DNA of 64,000 bases. Origin: Octopus sinensis. Lineage: Eukaryota. Below, piece by piece: positions 12,820-24,565 of the stretch. Numbering within the stretch: position 1 is the first letter of the stretch; each line of letters begins with the position of its first letter. The DNA is taken from contig NC_042997.1 in NCBI RefSeq assembly GCF_006345805.1, positions 172,422,001-172,486,000 of the forward strand, read 5' to 3'. The notes under the pieces were generated by a model. The model saw only the letters and a program-made list of their open reading frames with translations, did not search any database and had not been told where the DNA came from. The position numbers were made by a program, and so were the translations under genes.

Positions 12820-13080
12820 AAAACAAGATGATGTTTTCACATATATGAAATTATTGAAATGGAGTTTGCCTGGAGACATCCAAAAGATGAGTGAGAACAG
12901 GTGGATGTAAAAGCTAACAGACAAGAGTCTGACAGATCACAAAAGAAAAAGAGGACAACAGTGAACAACTGGGGGAATGGACTGGATAAGATTTAACTAA
13001 AATTGAAGATCAGAAATGCTATGATAAAAGAATGGAATATTTAGCAGAAAGTGTTTACACAGTGAGGCAACAGTAGCAAA
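12820..13080 (+). mobile_element. Decayed RTE LINE 3' coding fragment
   Basis: With frameshifts reads KWSLPGDIQKMSENRW..DHKRKRGQ..TTW, resembling the RTE C-terminal KWRWAGH..NRW..KRKRGRP..RW motif. Confidence 0.5.
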
Positions 13081-13374
13081 TTTGATTGATAATACTGTCG
13101 AAACATGCTTGCAACTATCCTGCATTCATGATTTGCAATTGTTAGTTTTCATTCATAAATCTTCAAGTGACTGGTCATAGAATTGAAAAGCAGTGAGGAA
13201 AAAAAGTACATTGTAGTAGTTAGTTATGTTATTTTATGTTCTGTGTTCAAATCCCATTGAAGTTATCCTTGATGGTCATTCTTCCAAGATCAGCAAAGTA
13301 AGAACCAGTCAAATACTAAACTCTCATCAAATTTGTGGTTTGTTCTTTAATTACAAATTGCAATTATTATTATT

Positions 13375-13600
13375 AAGTGGCAAGCTGGCAGAACCATTAG
13401 CATGTTGGGTAAGTGCTTAGCAGCATTCTGTCTTTATGTTCTGAGTTAAAATTCGGGGTCAATAAAATAAGTACCAGTTGAGCACTGGGGCTGTTGTAAT
13501 CAACTTATTCCCTCCTCCCAAGATTGCTGGCCTTGTGCTAAACTCTGAAAGCATTATTGTTAAGGTGGCAAGCTGGCAAAATTGTTAGTGTTGGAAGAAG
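13375..13600 (+). mobile_element. SINE group 2 fragments abutting the tandem array
   Basis: GCAAGCTGGCAGAA heads at about 13378 and 13566; AAAATAAGTACCAG core. Confidence 0.7.
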
Positions 13601-13726
13601 TTGATGACATAACCTGTTCACAATCAAGGTTTGTTTTTGGAATGTAACTCAAGAATTATGATAGAAGATTCAAAATCAAATATGACTGACCATCTTTGCT
13701 AGGTTGGACTGTTGAATGTGTTCTAT

Positions 13727-16582
13727 TGTGTCCTTGGAGAAATGTAACTGAAAGCTAGACCAGTGCCTTGCTGGGATCCCCGCAAATAGCATAATTGCTG
13801 AGGAGGGGAGACTGATGTTGATAGATAGGCTGTGTCCTTGGAGATATTGTAACTGAAAGCTAGACCAGTGCTTTGCTGGGGTCCCCACAAATAACATAAT
13901 TGCTGAGGAGGGGAGACTGATGTTGATAGATAGGCTGTGTCCTTGGAGATATTGTAACTGAAAGCTAGACCAGTGCTTTGCTGGGGTCCCCACAAATAAC
14001 ATAATTGCTGAGGAGGGGAGACTGATGTTGATAGATAGGCTGTGTCCTTGGAAATATTGTAACTGAAAGCTAGACCAGTGCTTTGCTGGGGTCCCCACAA
14101 ATAACATAATTGCTGAGGAGGGGAGACTGATGTTGATAGATAGGCTGTGTCCTTGGAGATATTGTAACTGAAAGCTAGACCAGTGCTTTGCTGGGGTCCC
14201 CACAAATAACATAATTGCTGAGGAGGGGAGACTGATGTTGATAGATAGGCTGTGTCTTTGGAGATATTGTAACTGAAAGCTAGACCAGTGCTTTGCTGGG
14301 GTCCCTGCAAATAACATAATTGCTGAGGAGGGGAGACTGATGTTGATAGATAGGCTGTGTCCTTGGAGATATTGTAACTGAAAGCTAGACCAGTGCTTTG
14401 CTGGGGTCCCTGCAAATAACATAATTGCTGAGGAGGGGAGACTGATGTTGATAGATAGGCTGTGTCCTTGGAGATATTGTAACTGAAAGCTAGACCAGTG
14501 CTTTGCTGGGGTCCTGCAAATAACATAATTGCTGAGGAGGGGAGACTGATGTTGATAGATAGGCTGTGTCCTTGGAGATATTGTAACTGAAAGCTAGACC
14601 AGTGCTTGCTGGGGTCCCTGCAAATAACATAATTGCTGAGGAGGGGAGACTGATGTTGATAGATAGGCTGTGTCCTTGGAGATATTGTAACTGAAAGCTA
14701 GACCAGTGCTTTGCTGGGATCCCTGCAAATAACATAATTGCTGAGGAGGGGAGACTGATGTTGATAGATAGGCTGTGTCCTTGGAAATATTGTAACTGAA
14801 AGCTAGACCAGTGCCTTGCTGGGGTCCCCGCAAATAGCATAATTGCTGAGGAGGGGAGACTGATGTTGATAGATAGGCTGTGTCCTTGGAGATATTGTAA
14901 CTGAAAGCTAGACCAGTGCTTTGCTGGGGTCCCCACAAATAACATAATTGCTGAGGAGGGGAGACTGATGTTGATAGATAGGCTGTGTCCTTGGAAATAT
15001 TGTAACTGAAAGCTAGACCAGTGCTTTGCTGGGGTCCCCACAAATAACATAATTGCTGAGGAGGGGAGACTGATGTTGATAGATAGGCTGTGTCTTTGGA
15101 GATATTGTAACTGAAAGCTAGACCAGTGCTTTGCTGGGGTCCCTGCAAATAACATAATTGCTGAGGAGGGGAGACTGATGTTGATAGATAGGCTGTGTCC
15201 TTGGAGATATTGTAACTGAAAGCTAGACCAGTGCTTTGCTGGGGTCCCTGCAAATAACATAATTGCTGAGGAGGGGAGACTGATGTTGATAGATAGGCTG
15301 TGTCCTTGGAGATATTGTAACTGAAAGCTAGACCAGTGCTTTGCTGGGGTCCCTGCAAATAACATAATTGCTGAGGAGGGGAGACTGATGTTGATAGATA
15401 GGCTGTGTCCTTGGAGATATTGTAACTGAAAGCTAGACCAGTGCTTTGCTGGGGTCCCTGCAAATAACATAATTGCTGAGGAGGGGAGACTGATGTTGAT
15501 AGATAGGCTGTGTCCTTGGAGATATTGTAACTGAAAGCTAGACCAGTGCTTTGCTGGGGTCCCTGCAAAAACATAATTGCTGAGGAGGGAGAGGAGACTG
15601 ATGTTGATAGATAGGCTGTGTCCTTGGAGATATTGTAACTGAAAGCTAGACCAGTGCTTGCTGGGGTCCCTGCAAATAACATAATATGCTGAGGGGGGAG
15701 ATGATGTTGATAGATAGGCTGTGTCCTTGGAAATATTGTAACTGAAAGCTAGACCAGTGCTTTGCTGGGGTCCCCACAATAACATAATTGCTGAGGAGGG
15801 GAGACTGATGTTGATAGATAGGCTGTGTGTCTTTGGAGATATTGTAACTGAAAGCTAGACCAGTGCTTTGCTGGGGTCCCTGCAAATAACATAATTGCTG
15901 AGGAGGGGAGACTGATGTTGATAGATAGGCTGTGTCCTTGGAGATATTGTACTGAAAGCTATAGACCAGAGCTAGACCAGTGCTTTGCTGGGGTCCCTGC
16001 AAATAACATAATGCAGGGAGACTGATGGAGAGGGAGATGATGTTGATAGATAGAGGCTGTGTCCTTGGAGATATTGTAACTGAAAGCTAGACCAGTGCTT
16101 TGCTGGGGTCCCTGCAAATAACATAATTGCTGAGGAGGGGAGACTGATGTTGATAGATAGGCTGTGTCCTTGGAGATATTGTAACTGAAAGCTAGACCAG
16201 TGCTTTGCTGGGGTCCCTGCAAAAACATAATTGCTGAGGAGGGGAGACTGATGTTGATAGATAGGCTGTGTCCTTGGAGATATTGTAACTGAAAGCTAGA
16301 CCAGTGCTTTGCTGGGGTCCCTGCAAATAACATAATTGCTGAGAGAGGGAGACTGATGTTGATAGATAGGCTGTGTCCTTGGAGATATTGTAACTGAAAG
16401 CTAGACCAGTGCTTTGCTGGGGTCCCTGCAAATAACATAATTGCTGAGGAGGGGAGACTGATGTTGATAGATAGGCTGTGTCTTTGGAGATATTGTAACT
16501 GAAAGCTAGACCAGTGCTTTGCTGGGGTCCCTGCAAATAACATAATTGCTGAGGAGGGGAGACTGATGTTGATAGATAGGCT
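13727..16582. repeat. Tandem array, 27 units of 105 bp
   Basis: Unit TGTGTCCTTGG...GATAGATAGGC starts at 13831, 13936 and 14041 (period 105); 27 units counted; about 46% GC; no CpG in the consensus. Confidence 0.98.
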
Positions 16583-17146
16583 AAATTAACTTTTAGGTAT
16601 TTAAAATTTAGAGCTTCATTTCTTTCAGTAATTTCTTGTGTAATCAATACATCAGCAGTTTGGCAAGGCTCTTTAAAAGGTTATATATTTATCTCTTTTC
16701 TAAATCTCTGCTTGACTCTTTAACTCTCTCTCACTCTTACCCCGTGTTTATGTGTATGCACATACTTGTTGTTAATGTATCTGAAATTAGTTTGTGTGTG
16801 TGTATATTGTTATATGGTTTAGTATGCAATATGAATATGTCATACATATGCAGTGTGTGTCTGTGGTGGTATATGTTCTGTGTGTGTCTTTTATATCTGT
16901 TAAGTGACTTCAGGAAATGTTGTACCAATTAAATAAAACTTACACACATTAATTCAAAATGGTGATGTACAGTCATCAGTTACACAGCAGAAACACACAG
17001 AAACAAGATTAAAATGAAAAGAAAAAGAGATAAAAGAAAATGAAAATCATGAAACAAATATAAATTTTTGATCATTATTTTTTTTTAAAAATCATTATTA
17101 TCGTGTTTTAATCCTTTCGCAGAAATGTTGACTAAATTATATATAC

Positions 17147-17917
17147 ATACACACACATGCACATATATATATATATATATATATACATACATACATACAA
17201 ATCTGACATGGGCGATTCTTTCTTGTTTTGGGATTCACAGTCAAACGGCTGGGCAAAATTGCACAAAAAATTACTCAGATGTGTAGAATGATCCCATGGT
17301 TACTGAGATAGTCTACTATAATAATGCTCTTATGTTTATGAATGAGAAAGGAAGGAAATGGTGATGTCATATTCTTTCATAGCTCCATGGTTACCAAGAT
17401 AATCTACTATAATAATACTCTTCTGTTTATGAATGAGAAAGGAAGGAAATGGTGATGTCATATTTTTTCATAGCTCCCATGGTTACCATGATAATCTACT
17501 ATGATAATACTCTTCTGTTTATGAATGAGAAAGGAAGAGGTGATGTCTTACTTGGTAGTGGGATGATGAAAATTGTACGCTGAAAAAATTAATGAAACAG
17601 CATTTCAACTCTGTGCATATATGTGTGTGTATGTAAAAGAGGGTGGTATGTGAATGCATGTGTGTTTGTGTGTGTGCGTGCAATGGAAGTGGGATGGTTC
17701 ATCTTTGCTTAATATTTGAGTTTATTTTTTGATTTGGTTGAATCTTGGTTGTTTTTTTTTGTTGTTGGTCAGTTATTTTTAGTGTTTTGACAGAAAAAAG
17801 TCATTCTAAAATTGGTTTTTAATGTAAGCATGCCCAAACAAATCGAATGCTTACACAGAGCAGGTTTTACAGCCACATCATCCAAACCGACCGGGTGAAA
17901 CCGGGCTTAGCTGCTAG
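17147..17917 (+). mobile_element. Non-autonomous Helitron-type element with internal tandem repeats
   Basis: 3' end CCGGGTGAAACCGGG hairpin followed by CTAG|T at 17914-17918; 5' boundary uncertain. Confidence 0.55.
17294..17550. repeat. 3 x 91-92-bp tandem repeat
   Basis: CCATGGTTAC at 17294, 17385 and 17477. Confidence 0.9.
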
Positions 17918-18656
17918 TATGTATATCTTAATTGTTTCAGTCATTTGACTGTTGCCATGATGGGGCACTGCCTTGAAGGGTTTTAGTCAAACAAATTGAC
18001 TTCAGGGCTTATTTTTTTATGCCTAGTATTTATTTTATCTGTCTCTTTTGCCAGTCTGCTAAGTTAGAGGAACATAAATATACCAACACTAGTTGTCAAG
18101 CAGTGGTGGTGGTGGTAAACACTGAATTGAAGACATATGCATGCATACACACACACACACAATAGATGCATGCATACATACACACATAAGAAACAGATAT
18201 TCCCTATATAGAATACACTCAGTAGTGCTCAAGAGATTTAAACTTGGGTGGGTAGAGAAGTAAATGAGGGGATAAACAAGCTAGACAGATCAGTATATAA
18301 AGTATATTAAATACATGAAATACAAAAAAAATGTATATATATTTACGTACGTACATACATACATATAAATGATGGCCTTCTTTCAGTTTCTGTCAACCCA
18401 ATATATTCATGTTTTGGTCAGCCTGTGGCTATAGCAGAAACACTTGCCCAAGGTGCCAATCAGTGGGATACTACACAGCCATGCTTGTGCCTTTGAACTA
18501 TTAATCCTTACACATTTTTTTCTCTCTCTGTTTTTTAATTTTTTTTTCCCAAGGTCAAACTAATACACCTGCTTGTTGTTCTTTCACCTGTCTTTGTCTT
18601 TTGTTTTCTGTAAATTTTGAACTATATATATAATTATTACTATAATAAAAAGGAGG

Positions 18657-18761
18657 AAAAATATTGTGGATATTTTATTTTATTTTATTTGTATCACAAT
18701 GTGAACATATTTACTATGTTCACATTGTGATACAAATAAAATAAGTATCCACAATATTTTT
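18657..18761. repeat. Long inverted repeat / hairpin
   Basis: Perfect 30-bp stem 18680-18709/18715-18744 with a 5-nt loop, plus a 16-bp outer stem 18657-18672/18746-18761. Confidence 0.9.
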
Positions 18762-19039
18762 TTCTTACAGTAATAATTGTATATTAGACTGTTTATTCCT
18801 ATATATTGAGAGAATTCTCTCAATATATCATTGATAACACCAGTTGATCTCTGGATTTTATAATCCCTAAAGCAGACACTATATCCTCAACTGACTGAAT
18901 GACTATATATATATATAGAAATATTATTTCTAAGTTTCTCTGAAGGAGACTATGGCAGCGGTACTGGATATTAACAGTTATCACCAAGCTAAAATGGCAG
19001 TCCATAAATATAGGACGAAAGTCGCCATTATGGCATCAT

Positions 19040-19645
19040 CATCATCATCATCGTTTAGCGTCCGTTTTCCATGCTAGCATGGGTTGGACGGTTCAACTGG
19101 GGTCTGTGAAGCCGGAAGGCTTCATCAGGCCTAGTCAGATCTGGCAGTGTTTCTATGGCTGGATGCCCTTCCTAACACCAACCACTCCGTGAGTGTAGTG
19201 GGTGCTTTTTACGTGCCACCCGCACAGGTGCCAGACAGAGCTGGCAAACGGCCACGAACGGATGGTGCTTTTTATGTGCCACCGGCACGGGGGCCAGGCG
19301 AGGCTGGCAACGGACACGAATGGATGGTGCTTTTTACGTGCCACCGGCACGAGGCCAGTCGGGGCGGCGCTGGCAACGGTCAGGAACGGATGGTTCTCTT
19401 ACATGCCACCGGCACTGGTAACACATCTGCAATTTCCATTGATCGATTTCGATTCTGATCCTCACTTGCCTCAACAGGTCTTCACAAGTAGAGTTTTGTG
19501 TCCCAAGAAGGGAAGGTATGCATACGTAGGCTGGCTCCATCCCATGTAGAAGGCCATGGGTTATGGTCTCACTTGTCCTGCCGGGTCTTCTCGCGCACAG
19601 CACACTTCCAGAGGTCTCGGTCTCTAGTCATTTCCTCGGTGAGAC

Positions 19646-19650
<5 letters not shown>
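19040..19650 (-). mobile_element. RTE LINE 3' end (5'-truncated, young)
   Basis: Minus strand encodes GLTEEMTRDRDLWKCAVREKTRQDK*, then a CpG-rich 3' UTR with four 62-66-bp repeats and a (GAT)n tail. Confidence 0.85.
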
Positions 19651-19694
<44 letters not shown>

Positions 19695-20834
19695 TATATA
19701 TAGATTCAGATGAATATGGTACTTAAGTTGAGGCACCAGAATTTAGTACAGTATTATCCATACAATTTTTAAAAAAAGAGGATTAAAATCAAAGTAAGCA
19801 ACAAAGATATCCAGTGGTAATGCAGTACAGTCATTTCATGCAACTCCATTTAATTGAGCAATGCAATCATTTCATTACATCAATTTAAAATGTAGAGCAA
19901 TCTTCAGCTGCACAAAGACATGGAATTTAATTAAATTAGAACAGATGGACACATTAGTATAATTATACCTAAAATCTCCAAGAAGTTAAAGAGATAGACA
20001 AAGAACATGTACCTACAACAGCATTGCCATAACAGCTATGTTGAGTTAACTTGTTTCTGATCATCAACTGGTAAACCGAACCTGGTTTTCTTTTGAAAAT
20101 TTTTTGAAATATAAAATGAAAGTTTGAGGAAAATGCTTGTTTCATTTAAAAACGTTTGTGAGTGCCACTTGCAAAAACAGCTGCTTCAAGCTCGTGTTTT
20201 TGATTTAGTTTCTGGTTCTTGAAATATTATAAATGTCTTAAACTTCATACAAGTGAAATCACTTTGATAAAGTAGTTGATGTCATTTTTTCAGCTAATTA
20301 TTTAGGGCAACAAATTAAGTGTTTTTCTCCTTTGCTTAAGAGGGACTTTTTTTTTTTTTTTACTAAGTGTGAATTATAGAATATTTACTGAGCACTGCTA
20401 CTTGGAATCTTTGAAAAATACCTTTAGATACAAGTGTCAGTCTTTGACTTAATTCAATGAGAGAAATGCCACCATTTACTGACAAAACAAACTGGCATTG
20501 ATATTTCTATGAAGCTCTACATCACTCAATAATTATTGTAGTTCAGCCCCTATGTCAGTGCTGATCAGTAGCATTCCTGCCACAACTATCCCATCTCTTT
20601 TCCAAGTATGGTGTGTCTAGGTTATCCAGTATGACTTTTTTTAAATTTTGGCATTAGGGAGGGCATCCAGCTGTAAAACCGTGCCAAAACAGGATGTGAA
20701 GCCTGGTCCCAGCATGGAAAATAGACATTAAATGATGATGAGGATGATCTGGTGTAATTTGAGGGAGATTTTGTTGGTATTTCTAGCAGGTTGAGCAACA
20801 TGTAGTGGTTCTTTGATTAGTTCCTGCTGTTTAT

Positions 20835-21475
20835 CCCTTTAGCATTCAGATTGCTCTATCAAATGTAATGCTTATTTATTTACATTGCTTTCAATTTATC
20901 ATGCACTAGCAGCATAGCCCGGCGTTGCCCGGGTATGTAAGAGCCCCTAGTAGGCAACGACTAATCCCAGTCTAGTCCTTTCCCTCTAGGGAACGAAGGC
21001 ACATGTGTAGGTTGCAATGTCTTCTCTTCACTCCCAAATAACTATTAAACAGCTATCAATAATTCAACCCAACCAATTCCTACCAGGAAGAAATTACATT
21101 CGAGACTTTACCCCCAACACCGCCACTTCTGCTAATAGCTGCTGCAGCCGCAAGTTATTTGAATACTTTTTCAGAACTGGGGGAACTTTTCAAAATTTTT
21201 ACTGTGTTAGTTTTGAATTATGACATTGGGCTATGTGTGTGTCAAGTTTCATCAGAATCGGTTGAAAGCCGTGGTCAGGGTGAGGGTACAACCTGACAGA
21301 CACACAGACAGACAAACTGCGGTTTATATATAGAGAGATTATCTTGTAGCATTGAGATTTCAGTGATGTGATTGTTTTATTCTTAGAATAACATTGTAGC
21401 GCAGGTGTGATAGGCTTGACCTGGTCAGTTTGGACATAAAACATAGATATTTGGTTGGTTTGAATACTAAAAGGG
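20835..21475. mobile_element. piggyBac-type MITE (CCCTTTAGCA family) split by a Helitron-type insertion
   Basis: CCCTTTAGCATT...TACTAAAAGGG termini; both flanks TTAT; the two halves rejoin as ATGCA|TTATCT. Confidence 0.8.
20906..21338 (-). mobile_element. Non-autonomous Helitron-type element
   Basis: Minus strand begins TCTCTCTATATATAAA..(TGTC)n and ends with hairpin CCCGGGCAACGCCGGG plus CTAG; inserted between A and T with no TSD. Confidence 0.85.
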
Positions 21476-21756
21476 TTATACCCAGGTTAGCCCTAATGAA
21501 GCAAATCTGTAACATGTAGAAATCTTTTCGTGTCATTTTAACTGCGAGAAGTCTCAGCCAAATTTTCCTCAGTCTTCACCCTAGTATTTATTACTAGATA
21601 AGTATGTGCTGGAAAAAATACAAGATGTCCACCATTAGGATGCTGGTAAATTGCTGAAAATTCAACAGAAATATTAGTTGGTGAATTAGGCCTGCATTAA
21701 CTGCATTTTGGTAACATACTGCTTTGATTTTATGATACAAATTTGTTTTTATTTAA

Positions 21757-22252
21757 CGCTTCGTGAGCCAGCAAATTCTCTTGGGATCCTATCAAATTTT
21801 AAACATTATGCGACTTTTACATTTTCTATTTAAATGATTTTATATCTCATGACTTTTATCGTCAATAGGTTATGTATACACATACAAATTTTGAGTTAAA
21901 AATTTCCAGTCATATGGATGTTATAGCATAAAATACGTTCATTTGGGGCCAACTGGACCCCATTGGCCTTCTGTGAAATTAAGTTTTTCTGTTATTTTTT
22001 CAGATATTCTGATAAACTACTGGTATGAATCAATATACTAAATAATTTTGTTTCATTTTATATTATTGCTATATTTATAGTTTATAAAACTATGAAAAAA
22101 AAAAGTACTAAATTTCTGTGTTGTACCATGCACTCTCACATATATACAAGATTATTCAAATACTACTTTATGGATAGTATGGAAATGCGCAAAGATAAAA
22201 GGGGACCCCAATAGCCTTATGTGTAATTCCAACTCTGCTGGCCCATGAAAGG
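21757..22252. mobile_element. piggyBac-type non-autonomous element
   Basis: TTAA at 21753-21756 and 22253-22256; TIR CGCTTCGTGAGCCAGCA / TGCTGGCCCATGAAAGG. Confidence 0.7.
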
Positions 22253-22301
22253 TTAAAGTAAAATTTTCTGTCGTAATTTATGTAAGGATGTTTGGTTATT
22301 A

Positions 22302-23042
22302 CTGTAAAAACCCATGTAACTTATGCATTTTTTTTTTTTTTGCAAAATAAAAGTAAACTTTAGGGGTGCGTAAATTACATGAGCAGATCATCTCCAGAAT
22401 TTTTTTTTCTTTTTTTTTTTGTTGACAAAAACAACATACAAAGCATAAACATTTATACCAGAAGTTGACTCATTTAATGTCAGAATAGGTTTTTACAGAA
22501 AAAATAAGGACTTAAATATAATGAAGTTGAGTTTTATTTATGCTGGGCAGTATAATGCTTACTTTTACTGTATTAATTTACTAAAACCATTAATATTCAT
22601 TGGTAATTAAACTTGATTTGCAACACCTGTGCATATTTATCAGCTTTATTTTTGCTGATAATTCTTATCTACAACTTTTCCTGTGATCATGATTTGAGAA
22701 GACATACAGCAGATCTGACATAATCTCTTGTGGGCAAGAAATGTAAAATAAAGTTTATTATAAACAATACAAGCACTTTGTAATTTAATAGCTTTTAATG
22801 TGATACCTGTTAAACAGAAATTATATTTATTTAATGAACATTTAATAAAATCTAATCATAAGTAAGTGAAATTATACTAAATACAACTAAATTAAAAATC
22901 TTTTTTTTCCTGGTCATGTTGGCAATTCTGAAAACTTTTGGGTGCGAATTTCACATGAATAGAAGCTTTTCTTTAACAAATTTTATTTTGAAAATCACCT
23001 GCGTAAATTAAACAGGTTCACAAATTACATGGATCTTTACGG
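22302..23042. mobile_element. pogo/Tc1-type MITE
   Basis: TA flanks; TIR CTGTAAAAACCCATGTAA / TTACATGGATCTTTACGG. Confidence 0.7.
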
Positions 23043-23400
23043 TATGTTTCAGAGCTTAATTATTTACTTTTTATTTTTGAGCTTAATGGGAAAGTTAGTT
23101 ATTTAACTAAACCAATTCTAAATTCTTAATTATTTAAAAAATCAATTGAAACACATGCTTTCTATCTTTCACTTGTTTCATTCATTGGACTGTGCCCATG
23201 CTGGGGCACTACCATAATTGGTTTAGTTGAATATATTAACCCTAGTGCTTACTTTTATAAGTTTGGTGCTTTTTCTATCAGTTTGTTTTGCTGAACTACT
23301 AAGTTGCTGGGATGCAAACAATCACCAATTATCAAGTGGTGGGGGAACTAACACAAAGAGAAACACATGTATAATGTGTTTATATATATATATATATATA

Positions 23401-23515
23401 TAAACTCGAAATGTAAAAGACTTTTTCTATTCCTGAGCATTATACTAATACATCTGTTTGTTCTGTACACCACCTGTCTTCGTCTTTTGTTTTTTTTTCG
23501 TGAACTCTCCCCCCA
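23401..23515 (+). mobile_element. 5'-truncated Penelope-like terminal repeat between (TA)n tracts
   Basis: Starts CTC-GAAAT-GTA-AAAG; tail matches the 57725-57880 copy. Confidence 0.55.
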
Positions 23516-24284
23516 TATATATATATATATATATATGACAGGCTTCCTCACAATTTCCATTTACCACATTCACTTACAAGGCATTGGTTGACCCTTGGCT
23601 ACAGTAGAAGATACTTGCCCATGTAGTTGCAAAGCAAGCTTCTTAACCACACAACCCTGTCTGTGTCTTTGCCTTAATATAATAGTGATTGGAGAGTTAT
23701 TGATACCTGGATTAGCTGTAATAATTCTTGTACAGTTCTGCAACTTGTTTGTTTATTTGGTGTTCTTCTGAAGTAATATGGCTGCAGATTACTTTAGCTG
23801 ATATACTCTTACAACTTTGTTTCTTGTAAATGTAAACTCTTTAATTAACTTCAGGAACTTTGTGTGTTTCTATCATGTCATCATTGCATGTCTCTTGGAA
23901 AAACTGAACTGCTGTATGTTCTGGCTTTAAGCACCTCTTAGAGTTAATGCACTGAAACATTGCAGTGTACTGCTGCTTATTCTAGACAAATAGGTTTTAA
24001 CTCAGCATTGTGTTGATTAGATTTTAGCTATTGTTACATGCCAATCCTATGCAAATCAGTTGTCACAACCTCTTTCTATTGGTCAGTAAAAATAAAATGT
24101 GCACATTATGACATAAAATGTGGAGAATTTCGGAAAGTATCCCTCTGTCAAAAGTGAGTTACTTTGGTTCCTGAGCACTCAAGTGCACATGCACAGAGCT
24201 GAGCATACTTGTTTTCTGCACTGTAAAGCATAACTCATCACTGCAACGTAACAAAATGCTTGTTAATTATAGAGGGCAGTTATT

Positions 24285-24465
24285 AAGGTGGTGAGCTGGC
24301 AGAACTGTTACTGCACCCGAAAAAAATGCTTAGCAGCATTTCTTCCTTCTTTACATTCTGAGTTCAAATGCTGCTGAGGTTGACTTTGTCTTACATCCTT
24401 TCAGGGTTGATAAAATAAGTACCAGTTGAACACTGAAATTGCTGGCCTTGTGTCAAAGTTTGACA
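24285..24465 (+). mobile_element. SINE group 2
   Basis: GTGAGCTGGCAGAA head and GATAAAATAAGTACCAG core. Confidence 0.75.
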
Positions 24466-24565
24466 TCAGTTATAGAGAGCAGTAAAATAGCAAAAGCTCC
24501 CAAGTCCTAGGCTTGCAGTATTTAATATTTAGTGTTCAAATTATGCCATTCATCCTCAAGGAGTA

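Noticed and set aside
13727-16582. CRISPR array
   Set aside because: Units are contiguous near-identical 105-mers with no unique spacers, no cas genes, and the context is eukaryotic.
13727-16582. Tandem hammerheads in the array (CTGAGGA...GAAA in each unit)
   Set aside because: Helices I and II cannot form beyond 1-2 weak pairs.
13727-16582. G-quadruplex-forming repeat
   Set aside because: Only two G4 runs per 105 bp, too far apart for a canonical motif.
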